The notes: generated by a model from the sequence alone, not told the origin. A stretch of 64,000 nucleotides of DNA from Dipteris shenzhenensis (GCA_047967505.1 CM106538.1); one strand, 5' to 3'; counted from the first letter of the stretch, positions 1 to 14,357 are shown. Program-made: numbers and translations.

Positions 1-1726
1 TCAAGCAAGAAAAGAAAGAATCTAAGCTTTTTATAAAATAATTGCTTGAAGTACAAAGTATTCAAAAAGGTGGTTATGTGTCACAAAATTTATATTCTGA
101 TGCACACAAGTTTTTAGATGGTGCAAAAAGGCATGATATTTATCTAAATCATGCCTTGTCATTTGATTTGATATGTAACATTATGCCATTTATATTTGAT
201 AATCAAAAGATGCACGAATGTTAAAAACTCATCTTTTGGGCCAAAACAATCAAATGTTGACATCCTGCCAAAATATAGGGATGTTTAACGCGCTCCCTAT
301 TTTGGCCCAAAAGAGGACATTTTCACATCCCTGTATCTTTTGTTTACAAGTCCAAACGGGGTCATGTTACATATCAAATCAAATGGCAAGGTGTACTTTA
401 GATGATTATCATGTCTTTGTGCACCATCTAGTAAAATGTAATGCACCAAAATATGAATTTGTGGTCAATTTGCTGCATTGGTAAGATTAGTGGGAGGTAA
501 GGATAAATCATTAGGGAAGGATATTTTTGCAGTAACAAAGAAACATGGGTTTTGTTCCAAGAGTGAACAGAGTTAAAAAAGTGAAGCATTTACATATGCA
601 TGGAATCTAGACTAATCCATGCAAGGAGTCCTTGGAAAGATGATCTCAATTACTCTAGTGGAAAGAGAGAACTTGATTGCAGTAGGGTTTGTCTTTGATA
701 CAAACAATGACTTGGAAATTAAACATACAAACTGTCTCATGGATGATGTGAAATTAGTGTTAATGGCTTTAAAGTTATATGCATGTTTAACCTTCTAGCA
801 TTGAGGGAACATATGCACTTTTGAATAAGTTATTATTTTTTGCTACTAAAATGGTTTTTGATCGCTCGCTTTTTTTGGCTCGCTCGCTTTTTATTGCTCG
901 CTTTTTGGTAATCCTCTTCAAGAATGAACTTACCTATATAAGGTTTTTACCCTTATTCTATAGGGCATTCAAGAATGAACTTACCTATAGAAGGAATTCA
1001 TTAACCTAATCCTTGGGCCACACCATGCCTCCTTCTAGGGTCTCCTTCTAACCCTAGGGCTAGTTACTCAAAACCTAGGGTTAGCCAAAGATGTACTAAC
1101 TTTATATGATTGGCTTTTATATGCGTGTGTCTTCATTTGCCATCTTATTTTGTACAAACACATGGATAAGCATAAACTAGGTCAACCTAACATACCTAAA
1201 CCCAAGCATCAACTTTTTGGATTATATGTCTATTTTGTATCAAACCCTCCAACTTCACTAGGGAAGCCTTAAAATGCTTCCATGAAGGAATCAATTCGCT
1301 ACTATTCCTCCCAAAAACATAGCAATACACATTGCAAGGCTCCTACAAATTTGCATAGAGGGGTGGTATTTGTGTTGTATGTAAAGGAAAAAGATGAGAG
1401 GTTGTTTAAGAAGAGGTTGCCAAAGTTCAACCAACAAGTATAGCTTGAGTGTTGAAATATGTTGAATCATTCCATGCCTTTTAATCCCTAAAAAATGGGA
1501 TCCTATTCTAGTTCCCAAGGAAGGTCTTGAGGTCATTCTTTTCATAGAGTTATATTGGTCATGAAGGACTTTCCTATATACTGTTCTAGTTATCGATTGG
1601 GCCCATACGTATGACCATCGTTTGTAGAATCATGATACGATCGTATATGAAATTATGACCAGTTTCTAAGGTGGAGAGAACATTAGGCCATAAAAATTCT
1701 ACCTTGCATTCTTCTTTCTAACGATT

Positions 1727-1866
1727 TGATGGCTTGAATATGAGGGAAACTATTCTTAATGTGTCCTTTACATTTAAAGTCTCATGAACTCTTTCTTACA
1801 ATGTGATGGCTTGAATATGAGGAAACTATTCTTGATGTTTTCTTTTAGTTTTAAAGCCTCATGACT
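1727..1866. repeat. Imperfect tandem duplication, unit about 78 bp
   Basis: tgatggcttgaatatgag(g)gaaactattctt...taaag.ctcatga occurs at about 1727 and again at about 1805. Confidence 0.8.
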
Positions 1867-1947
1867 TAAATGCATGCCTCTACAAGGTCATGATGGCCAC
1901 AATTTTGTTTGCTTTTTTTTTGTGTGAGGTGGTTATACAGTGGTGGT

Positions 1948-3328
1948 TGTAACATATGACACTCTATGGCTCAATGAAAAATAGTCATAATAAAATATGG
2001 TAGTGAGTCTTAATCTATCACAACATGTGCCACTTTATGGCTTATTAGAAGGCCATCCTTATTCTCCTATACTACTCAAACTAAATAGTCCTTAAAAGCA
2101 CATATGAGTTAATTTCCTCTTCCCACAAGGAATTTACTTATATTAAAAGTTTGTAGCTATCCTTTTCAAGGAGGTACAAAGAGATTTAGTACCTCAATTT
2201 TGGGGGGTAAATTAGAACTTCAATTTGGATATACCGTCTTGCATGTTCCCTTGTCATAGATATTATCATAAGGGTTAAAATTGCATGTGTTCTAGTGTGT
2301 ATTGTATTACTTCAAGAGGAGGTTAATGTGAGGTATCATAACGTCGAAGGAGGATGTGTAATATTGTGCATATTTGGTGTTTTTTAAAGCAAATGTGGTC
2401 CATAAAGAATAAATATGGAAAAGGTGGATGATGTGTAAAGAAGTCTCCATGGGCCATCCTGCCACATAAGTGGACCCATGGAAACATTAACTCAGCTATG
2501 CAAAAGGTAATTGGTTTGGCAATATAAGATGTGAGTTATCATAACGTAGAAGGAGGCTATATAATGTTGTGCATATTTGGTATTTGTTTATGCAAGTGTG
2601 GTCCATATAGAATAATAAGGAAAAGGTTCATGACGTGTAAAGGAGTCTCCATGGGCCATCCTACCACATAAGTGGATCCATGGAAACACTAACTAAGCTA
2701 TGCAAAAGGTGATCAATGGTTTGGCAATAAAAGGTGTAGAGAGATTGAGGTGGCCCAGGAATCTTGTGCCAACCTACCTCTAGGAATATTTTAATGTATG
2801 AGTGGGAATGGGGTGATAGAGCATTTTTATTAATTGATTGACCTTGGCCTATAAAATGAGGACTAATGTTTGATGTGAAGAGAGGAAGGCTCTCCACTCG
2901 ACACCTCTCCATTTTGCGATTCTCCTCATTCTTTAGTTCTATCCTTGTACATAGCCATAGTGCTTTGATTAATATAAGGAGTCCTCCTTTGCCTCCATCT
3001 ACTTCTTCCTAGTTATTCTAACTCTTCTCTTCCTCATCCTCCCCATGAAACCGTGATGCTTTGTTTATCTCATCGTGGCCTTCTAGAGGTAATCCACCTC
3101 CTTGTGCATAAGAAGGATCTCTTTTGTCTACTTCATCCTGAGTTCATGCCACCGTCTCTATCTGTAATTTTATGGTGTTACTTTGCCCTACCAGTCATCA
3201 TCCTTCCTTTGGTAGCAGATTCTTTGCATAATGCAACTTTGTTTCATAGATGGATGGAATTTCGTGCTACATAGACTATGTTCTTGAAATGCTCAATTGT
3301 GAGAGGACAAAATTTTAACCCTCTTACA
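1948..3328 (+). mobile_element. Probable 5' LTR of a Gypsy-like element (left boundary uncertain)
   Basis: Ends ...ctcttaca at 3328 just before a PBS-like motif; TATA-like cctataaaat at about 2848; candidate tgtaa start at 1948 is a guess from terminal symmetry. Confidence 0.45.
2327..2737. repeat. Tandem duplication of about 203 bp inside the LTR U3-like region
   Basis: tgtgag.tatcataacgt.gaaggagg...gtctccatgggccatcct.ccacataagtgga.ccatggaaaca...ggtttggcaata repeated at about 2327 and 2530. Confidence 0.9.
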
Positions 3329-3332
3329 ATTT

Positions 3333-3352
3333 TGGTGTGATGTGTGTGGAAC
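3333..3352 (+). promoter_or_regulatory. Decayed primer-binding site, best fit tRNA-Phe
   Basis: tggtgtgatgtgtgtggaac versus the recalled complement of the plant tRNA-Phe 3' end TGGTGCGGTGAGCGTGGATC: 15/20 match, three of five mismatches are C>T/G>A; 4 nt after the LTR end. Confidence 0.5.
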
Positions 3353-3476
3353 ATTCCAATTGGCTCAAATTTGGTATTCTCTTCTTCAAGAGGAATTTGT
3401 TGATCTTGTTCTTTTCAATTCATTCTTTTAAGGGAAAACATATCCACTTCACTTCCCCTTAGTTTCCTCACCCCCC

Positions 3477-3479
<3 letters not shown>

Positions 3480-3541
<62 letters not shown>
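3480..3541. repeat. (CT)n microsatellite
   Basis: Direct reading. Confidence 0.97.
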
Positions 3542-5915
3542 CCCCCCTCACCCTCACCCTCTCTTCTCTCTCTGGTCAGTAGAGCCAACCAGTTTGCCCT
3601 TCCTACCACTTTTCCTTGTCTTTTTTCAGCCCCTTATCCTTGGTCTCTACGCAACCATCACCTATATAACCTCTTCTCCTTGGTCTTCGTGTAGCTACTA
3701 CCACCTCTCCTCATTGTTCATGTGGCGTTCTCCCTGGTCTTCATACAATCGCTACCCATCCTGATTCCTCATCTTTTCTGCTTTGTCTCCTCCTTGTATT
3801 CCATGTTTCACTGCCTCCTCTAGCCTTGTGTCCCATCTTCTCCTTGCCTTCCACATGGCTCTACCCTCGTGTCCTCTTCTCATGCCCCACATGTCTCTGT
3901 CAACACCATGTCACTACCTACCCCACCATGGGTCATCTATCACACTTGCCACATGTAATCCACCATGTTAGCACCTCTCACATTATCATCACCATGTGTC
4001 TATTAGTGTCCACATCAACATTGATTGCCTTGACTAGACCGATTGACCATTGACCACCACGAAAAAGGAAATATTGGTGCTGAAACCCAAGACCTCCTCT
4101 CTAGTAAAATATTTATTTACTAATAGGCTATGTACCTTTTGATGTAATATAAGAGGGAGAGGGAGGCGGGAGGGTGGGGGGGGGATTGGGAAGTACTTAG
4201 GCAAAACTAAAAAATACAATCTTCAAAGGGTCATATCTTTTTAAGGACAAGAGTTTTGAAGCAATGGAAAAGGAAAATTTACACTATTTCTTGTACTCTA
4301 CCTTTGTATTATGTCACATTCATCAAGAGCCGCTCCTAATTTATTGCCATAATTCAAAGTTGCATGCCACCAAACAATGTCCAAGGAGGCTCAGGTTATA
4401 GTTGGTTATAACTTTTGATTGTGACATTAGAATGAGCCATTGTAAAGATGTGGCCTTTCATTTTTTGAGCTCTGTGTAGAGTTCTAGTCCATTTTAATAA
4501 ATGGTGAAAACATTTTTCATGGAAGTCATCAGAATGTTTAGAGGTGTTCATTAATTAGGCCACCTTGACACCAAGGGAGATTCTTGCATAGGGCATTGAA
4601 GCCATGACCTCCCCACTCAATAAGGCTTGAAGGTTGTTCCAAGAAAAGGTCTCAATCATGTCCCCATTGCCCCCTTAAATCCACATCTTGCATTCTAGTC
4701 ACTCTAATCACTCATTGAAATCTTGCACTTGAATCACTTATTGAAAGCTTCCAAGAACTATGCATTGCCCTTAAAATAGATTGCCACACCTTCATTGATC
4801 ATCTTTCCCACCACTTCTAGGAATGATTCCACAATTATTTCCCCAAAGTAACATGTTTACATCACTAGCCTTGACAAAGCTACCTAAACTTATGTCATCT
4901 TCTACAAGTTTCTAGTTTAGAAACTAGCTGTAAATAAATAAATTCCCTTGAATTTTTACCTTTTCCAAACTCTCCATCTGATACACTTACCTCCATCAAT
5001 AAAACTCTTGATGACCTTGACCTTCCTCATTTTTTCAATATACTTTTCTTTCTCATGTGCACTTACAAGTGCACTTACAAGGCACACCAAAACATCTTGC
5101 ATTGGCTCACCAATACTCATAATTGCATTCTTTCATCAATTGCTAACCAGCCTTAAAGAATTAAAAATCATGATCTCTATTAAAGGAGATAACCTCCGTT
5201 GCGCCTACTACAAGAGGTTTCCCAATACCATTTGGGGCATTGAATCCAATCTAAACTGCCTCGTTAACATTCCCATTGAGATCTACCCTTTTTACTCAAT
5301 AGAACATTGCAAATTACTTTGAGGCTATTCCTTATCATGGAGAAAACAACCTTATGTCCTCCCTTACTTACATCTATAAACTTGCCTGTAATGTTGGTTT
5401 CAAAGGCTTCTATCTAAAAAATAGTTAATTTTATATCACAAAGCATTACCATGTCAAAAAATTGCTCCTCTTTGGCACCTCTTTTAGTTACAATCACTTA
5501 TTCTTGATCTTTGTGTTATCCAAGTTGGATCCCAATGCTGGACTCAAACTAAAGGCATTCTTATGTTCTCTTGCTCCTCTTGGTTCCATCTCTATTTGAC
5601 TATTTTTGAATTTAAGTTCATCAAAAAACTTGTTAGACTTGGTAGAATAGATCTTCTTCCTCTGTTCCTCCACACCTTGCATTATGCCAATGACATTTTT
5701 TTAATAAAAAACCGTATAAGTAAATTTCTTAACCCCTCTCGATCCCTTGCTGCAAATCATCCCTTCACAATCTATCCCCTACAATCATTTCTTTCAAATA
5801 TAGTCTCACCTCTTCTTTTACTTATCCCAAGCAAAACCTCATAGAGCCTTTCTATTATCATTCTATATACCAAAATTTCTTCTTCTCCTCCTTCCTTGGA
5901 GAATTTTCAAAAACT

Positions 5916-7330
5916 TTGTATGGAAGAAAAACTTTTAAACTTTCCCACTATCTCCCTCATGGTGATATCAGGGATCTAGACAAAGTCAATGATTTTAGCT
6001 TGAGTGTTGATGGCAAGGCTGGACAATGGTTTAGAGCCTTAAACCCTCAAGAGAAAATAAATTGGAACACTTTGCGTAAATCCTTCATTGTGGGGTTTAC
6101 CCCCAGTGGTCCTAAGTGGAGCCCAATTAGCCAGCTTTATGAGCTGAAGCAGAAGAACATGGAGTCCTTCAGAGACTATATCACCAGGATTAAACATCTG
6201 AACTCGCGATGTGATCCCCACAAGATCTTGCCATGCTTCCTCATAGGGCTATGAGATGCTAAGCTACATGATCATTTGTTTGCTATGAATCCTACATCGT
6301 TTGAGCTATACAGCAAGATGATGATACGCCTAGGGTATAACATGAGGGAGACGGCCTAAAAGGATAAATCCTTAGCTTCCTTAGATATGTCCCAAATAGC
6401 ATAGGCTTCAACCTCAGAAGCAACTAAGGATGCAAGCATGATGCCCAAGGTGCTCAACATGGAAGAGTTGGCCACAGATCTATTAAACAAGTTGAGCCAA
6501 CAATGGAAGATAGAAGAACCAAAAGATGCTCCTAGCAACCCCCATCTATTTCCATAAACAGATAACATATGGTGTGGAGTATGCAATGGAAATCATCCCA
6601 CTAAGGAATGCCCTCATCTTAGAGCCAAGCCAACACTCTACTATGCCCATTGTGTTCATTGGTGGGGAAAACATGACACATCTCAATGTCATTATCCTAG
6701 GGTGATTCCTCAACCCATTTATCAACAAGGGCCGCATCTAGCATTGCTTGCACTGCCTAATCCATCCAATAAGGCACAATGGGCAATACAAGGAGCCACA
6801 TCAGCTAATTAAGGGCAATTTAGGGCTTAAAATATTCCATTACCCCCGCCAGTACTGGGACCTCAACCACCACCTCCATGCATTACTCCCTTGAATCAAG
6901 TATTGGTGGAAGAGATACCTAGTGAATTAGGGAGACCCCAGACCTACCTTTATTGGTGGACACAACTATCCCCAAAATGGTGACAATGCAAATCAATCTA
7001 GCATTATAAGTCACTACATTATACAAGGTGACCAAAACATTCTGGTCTACCAGACGGCATCGATTCCTTAAAAAGAACTTGACCAAGACAACCCATTCAA
7101 TGCCATATGTGTCAAGGGCCACACCCAACCAATGAGTGTCCATATAAGGGGAAACTAATCACATGTGCACCAGCATCTAATACACCACCGCCATTGTGCA
7201 CTAGGTGTGGTGTGGACCATCTTTTTAAGGATTGCTCGATGAGAAGGCCATCTAAGTCCACAAGCCTTAACTTGTTAAGTATTGAGAGAGGCCAAGTGTC
7301 ATCAGTATCCTTGAATGTAATCATGAGGTT
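5916..7330 (+). pseudogene. Retrotransposon gag remnant with several Cys/His knuckles
   Basis: KAGQWFRAL...INWNTLRKSF...LYELKQKNMESFRDYITRIK (retrotransposon-gag-like); knuckle-like CGVCNGNHPTKEC, CQGPHPTNEC, CTRCGVDHLFKDC; many stops. Confidence 0.75.
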
Positions 7331-8189
7331 ACAAGCTAAATCCCTTAATAAAGATCTTTGCAAACAAGCCAAAAGGGATAAAACTAGTACGTCACAGCCT
7401 AGAGAGGCAACTGAATCAACACAAGTAAGCACCAAGGGTGCAACGAAGATTGGGAAGGGAAAAAATAAGGTCATCATCCAAGATGGGTTGGATGAAGATA
7501 CAGCCTCCCTAGCAACATCATCTTCCTTTGGTGATACTCTCTCAAATGGTACTAGCAACAACCACCCACATGAGGCAAATGAGGCAACGATAATGGGGTT
7601 TCAACCCGCCACATTACCTAATGGTCACGGTGAATATCCCAACCCATGGGTGGGGAAACAAGGTCTCACCGAGGTGCATAAATTGGAATGCAAGTCCTAA
7701 GAGGATGCGAGTTCAGGCTCAAGGCAAGCAAGAATACTGATACAATTCATCCTAGACATGAGATAAACGCTCGAGTCTTAAAAGCCTTGCAAATACCTGA
7801 AAAGGTAGAGGAAGAAGGTGTGTCATGCCCTTCAATAGAGGGATCCACCCTAATGCAACAGATGTTTCAATAAGACCCCCACCTTGCAACAACTAAAGGA
7901 AGTTGACAACATGTTCTTATATGACTTAGAAGGGTTGAAATCAATAGGCATGGAACCAATCATTGGCCCTCAAGACATCATAGGATTAGCCTCATTCTTA
8001 TCCAGTGAGATCAAGATGCCCATCACCACTATTACAGGGGAATCCTACTATATGGGGAGACCTCTTGGATTGCATGAATGGGCAAATAGTGACACCCCAA
8101 TCCACTAATCCTGAGAATATTGAATCTTCCAATCAAGCACAAGACCTTCCAAGGGTGCCAATCAACAAACTGGGCCAATACTTTGAGAG

Positions 8190-8560
8190 TGATGGCACGA
8201 ATGCAGTGTTACCCATCTCCTTCCATGATTAGAAAGCAATGGAAATCTTAGATGAAGGAGCAAGTGTTAGCATCATCACGAAATAATGCTTGGAAAAATG
8301 GGATAGTCCCAACCGAGAGAGTACTTCCTTGGTAGTGAAATTAGCTGATGGAGGCATGGCTCATCCCATAGGAGTACTCAAGGACATTAAAATCAAAACC
8401 TTTGGTCTCTCATATTAGGTGTGCCTTGTTGTAATGGATTTCCAAAACAACCCTGGGTATGAGGCTATACTAGGGAGATCTTTCTTGCATATGGGAGGAT
8501 TGATCCATGATTGGCACTCCAACAACATTTATCCAAGGAAAGATCAGCAAGTCATGAGGG
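8190..8560 (+). pseudogene. Retropepsin-like aspartic protease remnant
   Basis: ILDEGASVSII...VKLADGG..HPIGVLKDIKI...YEAILGRSFL...IHDW. Confidence 0.75.
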
Positions 8561-8874
8561 TGATCTCCAAACATGGAAGGATCACACTAGGTTCAAAAAT
8601 ATATTTGTAGTTGAATCGAATACCACCAATAGGTCTGTGCCGGTAAAGCTGGTTAAAAATTATGAGAAAGAGGGCAATGAGAAGAGTCTTGATGAACCTT
8701 GGTGTGCTCCTTTACAAAAACTAGAAGACTCACTTGATTAGATTAATGCACTGGCAGTAAAAGATCTACCAACTACTGAGGGCACTCAGATGATGCACCT
8801 TGATGATGAACAACTTTCCATTACACCTTTTTACACCATAAGAGCAGTACACCCTTAATCCTAACGAGATAGAT

Positions 8875-9270
8875 ATGACTCCATCTCAACTTTGGGTAGA
8901 GCTAACATCAGCAGGTGCAACATGCCGATTACAAGCCATGGTAGATTGGCCAGCAAGAAACCTCATCTCCTGGGAGACATTAAAGCATCGCGGCCAAGTA
9001 TGTGATTCTAAAATTCAGTCCATAGAGGGTATGGTTATTATGTTGAATGTTTCCTTCGACAATTACATTGTGCCTTGCAAGTTTTTTTGTAGCTCCTTCA
9101 AGTATGTGATTCTAAAATTCAGTCCATAGAGGGTACCTCTATTATGGTTATTATGTTGAATGTTTCCTTGGACAATTACATTGTGCCTTGCAAGTTTTTT
9201 GTGGCTCCTGGAGGTACCTTAATGGAAGCCACCATTCCTAGTAAAAGCTAGATCCCCCAAGACACTTACA
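8875..9270 (+). pseudogene. Second, more degenerate protease-like segment
   Basis: LQAMVDWPARNLISWE...IVPCKFFV...TIPSKS*I resembles the D(S/T)G..N.I...ILG..W layout. Confidence 0.35.
8997..9209. repeat. Tandem duplication of about 103 bp
   Basis: aagtatgtgattctaaaattcagtccatagagggta...gtgccttgcaagtttttt occurs twice back to back; the second copy has a short insert. Confidence 0.9.
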
Positions 9271-11449
9271 AAGGATTATTTGGTGATGAGTCGACCCAAC
9301 AGGATGTACTAAGCACTACCAAACCAGCCCAACATTCAAGCACCAATATCAAATCCAATTTCACTTCTCAACATCAGAAAGCACCTCACCAAGCAAAGAA
9401 AACAAAGAAGAAGAGCAACCAAGCAAATATGGGTCCAAAAGGATCTATTGAAGGCTCAAGGATACTTTGAGGGTGAATCATATTTTTGGATTCCAAAGAA
9501 CCCTCAACATATGAAGCCACCCCCTCCTCTAAACACCAAGCCTCACCATTGCCAATCACCCCCTCATGTAAACAACAAACCTCAATGTCAAAGAAGAAGA
9601 AGACACCATCCAACAAAGAAGGTACATTACCAATGGGTTCCCAAAAGACTACTCGAGGATGAGGGATATTACCTTGGCAACACTTATATATTGGTACCCA
9701 AGCCTCTCCAGAACAATAATCAACATCCCATCCATGCTTTCCCTAAGCCTAAATGTACACTTCCTCCATCACAAAAACAACATCAGTTCCCCAAATCTAT
9801 CAATACAAAATGATCAACCAGTGCAAAATGCACCAGTATTAATCACACAAAAACCTACTTTGCAAAGATGCCACGAATAGTGAGAACCCACTTGCAGTGA
9901 TAAAGGAAAAGCACTAATTCAGGAGGATCATATGCAAAGGAATTCATCTACCTCCTCTTAAGTAGTTACACAAGAACCTATCTCAAAAAGGGAGATAGTA
10001 ACATAAGAATCTGCTCGTCGACTGCAAGTCTTTCAAAAGGCATGTCAATTTATTACATCATCTTCAAGGCAACTGGCAGTAACACAGGAACTTGTCTTGA
10101 AAAAAGAGACAGCAACACAAGAACCTGCCAAGACGGAAGCTGAATCCACATTGGGAGCCATACAAGAACCTTCTCTACTGAGAAATTTGGCATCTATCAT
10201 CGGCGAAGCTACACAAGAATCGGCCACACAAGTAATGCCCATCACAACGAAAGTCCCACAAGAACCTTCCAATGTGAACCAACGAATTATCTTCATCCCT
10301 AACAACTTTCTCAACTGAAACTTGGGCTCAACAAAAGCAAAATATATCTAGTTCTATAAATGAAAACTACTAGGGTTAGTATTGTTGTCACATCTAATTG
10401 TAATTAATGTTAGTAACCCTAGGCTAGAAGGAGATATTAACCATGCAACATAATCAAATAAATCCTTCCATTTGGTTAGCCATAATAGTTGTATTTTTTC
10501 TTAGTTAGTCTATGAGGGATTGGTTCTTATAAAAAATCCCATCAACAATCTCATGTATTAACATATAGTAATGCTTGGATACTAGAAACCTATATTCTCA
10601 TTATAGGATATCCAAGTATTATGATATTTTCCGTTAATTGATGTTCATGAGAAAATGCATAATCTCTTAGATAATCGGAATTGAGATGCAATGGGGTAAT
10701 GGAATGACATACACTTGCAAGGAAAAGCTTGTAATAATGAAAATGACAAATATTCATTTTAGATATGGGACAGTTTTTTATTTTAAAAATGGTTAAATAG
10801 TATTTAATTCCAAAAATCTTGAATTAATTCTTTAAAAACGTTATTTCTTATCAGGTCAAAGAAAACCTTAAAACGTGCTAACTTGCACATGGGACTCCTC
10901 AGCATGAGACACATTTCTCGGTAAGGCATCAGCATGAGGAAGTCTTCAATATGAGGTAGTCCCACTCATATCAGCACAATCTAATTCCAGTGATGTACAA
11001 CCATCACATTCATGCATGGATCTGTCTCCACATCTATTGCCACCATAGTTGCAAATACATAGAAGGATTTTTCCAGTGATCATGCAGTTATTCACACATC
11101 AACACATGCTTTCCCTGCCACATAAGCCTCCCTAAGGTGCCAACTCACATCACGTAGTTGATGATATACTAGTCATGACTTTAGATGAGATCCTTGAGTG
11201 GAAAGAGAATCTTCTTTGACCATTCATTGCCCACAAGGTATGTACCAATTTATGACACAGACTCAAGCCTCATTGGTTTTGAGAGATCAAATGATGCAGA
11301 TGCTTCAAATGTTAGCATGGATCCTCCCACACTTTTTGATCATGCACCTTCCTCGGTAATCCCTCAGCACAAGGCACATTCAGTAGTGGGTGGTTCTAAA
11401 CTAAGGTTGTCCACCTTTGTGCCACTCCGAGCAAAGTGGGACACCAAAA

Positions 11450-14357
11450 TACAAAGGATTGAGGGGTCGTGCAGCAATACCTTGATCAAGGTATTGTCAA
11501 TCAATAGCATGGTGACCTATGGCAAGGTGCTTAGGCTCAGTGTCCTAGGTGGAATCCCCAAAACCTTGATCGAGGTAATGACATGGCATTCCACTGTGTG
11601 AAAGCTTCCACTATGGGGCTTACGCTAAACGGTCAAAACCAAGTCATGTGAGAGAAGAAGTGTGTATGGTAGGGATCAAGCTGTAATCGAATGATGACAA
11701 CTGATGATGACAACTGTGTGTCACGCATAGCCAAGAGGCTATACAAGGATGATGTGTATGTGTAGAAACCAATGCCAAAAAATAGCCAACAAATGTGACT
11801 ATACATGGGTGGCATGTGTGTGTGTAATAAGAATGCAACAATCCTAGATTTGAGAAGGAGAACTCTGCCAAGTATCATACTATGTGATGAACTACAAAAT
11901 GCCAAGAAAATGAGCTCGTGTTAGATGTGTGAGTGTGTATACTGATGATATATCCGATGGGACTATTGTCGGTGGGAACTAGTCAGGTAATGCAGTAATG
12001 GCTTACTTAGCTTGGTGGAGTTGAATCTCCTCTATGGCAGTGCTAGTCTATAGCTAGACTATAAGTTTAAGCATCAAATGCAGCAAAAGTATTTTATCTT
12101 AATTCATTTTAAGTGCTGGGTATGCTGCAATGGATCAAGGTGTGGTTTTCATGAAGAGGAATGGATGATGCTGACATCTGGAAAAGTCAGATGTGAAATC
12201 TGAGGTGATGGGTGTGTAGAGCGCGAGTTGCCAATAAATTTTGCTTTTAGGAGCCCTACAAAATTCCCTCTAGATCAAAAGATACGGCCCTCAGAAGGAT
12301 AGTCAAATTTTGATTACAAGAGAGGGCAAAATGATGATGTGGCTTTGTGACGACATGGCACTGTGTCACATGCAGAGAGAAAAAACTATGCCTATGTGGC
12401 ACACTATGCTTAGAAGGCACATTTTGATTGTGTAGATGATGTGGCATTGCCACATGGACATGCTGACTATCCAGCTAAGGTGTCACTGCTTAGGTGGCAA
12501 GTGACACATGGCTAATGACTGACACTGGGGTATGTTGATGACATGGCTACTAAATATACAAATGACATGGCAAGCTAACTGTAGAAGGTTGTGATGATGT
12601 GGCACATGCTGATGATGTGGCATGATTCACGGGGTGTGATGTGGCACACAGGCCAGTGGTGATGTGGCACTAGGGCCGACCTACTGACATGGTAGCCAAA
12701 CAACTAGGATGACATGGCATGATAAGGAAAGGGTGCCTGAGTGCCACGTATTAAGTGTTTTGAGGTGCCACATGTTGTAGGCATGGAGATAATATTTCAC
12801 AGAATCCAATGGATGCTACCAGAATCTTCTAAAAGGAGAGACAAAATCTTTGAGGAATTACCGAAATATGCAGACGGTATTTTTGATCCCTCTTCTTCCT
12901 CATCGTGGAGGAGGCCTTTTGTTGCATCACTCGTTGCAGCAGGCTAGAAGGCATCAAGGTGGACGGTTGCTTGGTCGCTACAGTTTGACATTGTAGCTTC
13001 AAATACTTCTGGAGGCGTAGAAGTCATCCACGTTGCAAGCTTGCAGTTAGAGCATGAAGTCAAGGCACTAGACATGTTGGAGGGCTCATCATTGTGTGCA
13101 TTGGAGATGTATGCAAAGGCAAAAGTTGCCCCTTTGTGTTTAGTTCGCTATTGTTGCTCATGTCTACATGGACATTGAAAGGAAGCATTTGTGTGTTTGC
13201 CATTGAAGTTGTTGCATGGGCGTTGTTGCAGAGGCTCAATGCAGTGCAACTGGTTGCATTAGAGAGCATTGGAGGCACGGTATGGTTCTGTCAGCTATTG
13301 GGATATGGGAGAGTGCTATTTGTAGCTTTATTGAAGGCGTACGTCGTAGTCCTTGTGCTTGTGGGAGCTAATGCTAGGTTGGAGGAGCCTAGGAGATGCT
13401 CGTATGGCTGTCAAGCCTGGAAGGTTGATGATGGAGGCTAGGAGCTACCAGAGATAAGGCTCATTGGTTGTTGAAGCCTATCTGCCAAGGCTTGTCGGCC
13501 ATGTGGAGCTTATGATGGAGATGGTTGACGAGTCGCCTCTTGCAGGATTGAATGGAGCATGGAGCTTTAGTTGTAGCAAGCTGGTGGAGACTTTGGTCAC
13601 TGGTGTGTTGAGCCACAAGGGCTAGTCTACTATTGAGCTTGGTGAAGTTTCTCTTGCATGAGGCTGGCCGACTGGTTGCATCATGGTTTCTTAAGGCCGT
13701 TGCGGGAGGCACTGTAGAGAGGCTTGGTTGTCGATGTGTTGAGAGGCTAGAGGTGCCTTTATTATCATGGATGCCTTTTGGAGGAGGCAACTGCTGGTTG
13801 TTACTACACGAAGGAGTGGATGAGCAGTGCTCGTTTGTCTCAACTTGCAACTCGTGAGGCTCGTGGGTTCCTTCAGAGTAGTCTAGACCCTAGAATACAT
13901 GGAGAGGAGCCTTTGAGGTAGCTGTTATGAGAGCCAATCAAGGAGGATTAGAACAGAGTGCCTTTCAAAGGCCTTCAGTGTGCCAATCTTGACTATTGTA
14001 GGCTATAAATATCTGTATTTTCCTATTTCTCAATGAATCTGTCTTACCAAAAAATCTCTAAACACATAGAGTGTGAAATGGTCATATCTCAAGCTCCATA
14101 AGGAAAAATCTTGAGCTTTCTAAATTGAATAAATGATTGAAAGGAGCTCTACAAGATGAAGTAGAGAAGATGATAAAGTTGCCTCGGACGAAGGGCTTAC
14201 ACCTTGATTGAGCAAGGCCTTGTGTGCCTTGATGGAATAAGGGCTTAATTCTCTCTCAACGGAAAGTCTCTCTCAATGGTAGATGCCTCATGCATGGAGG
14301 GCTTGACACTCATGAAGGGATTGGGAGCACCTGGTGCTTTGATATTATGAAAGTGGA

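Larger units (their letters stand above)
3329..10430 (+). mobile_element. Internal region of a decayed, apparently non-autonomous Gypsy-like element (gag + protease, no recognisable RT or integrase)
   Basis: Follows LTR+PBS; gag, zinc-knuckle and protease remnants; no RT or integrase motifs seen; right boundary uncertain. Confidence 0.55.

Noticed and set aside
1-1700. Short ORFs and tcgctcgcttttt / ttcaagaatgaacttacctata repeats
   Set aside because: No recognisable protein motifs or termini; probably TE debris that cannot be classified by eye
3415-3609. RE-repeat ORFs (also 14290-14514)
   Set aside because: Translations of microsatellites
11425-11450. Minus-strand PBS-like ttttggtgtcccac
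   Set aside because: No convincing tRNA match and no clean CA LTR end next to it
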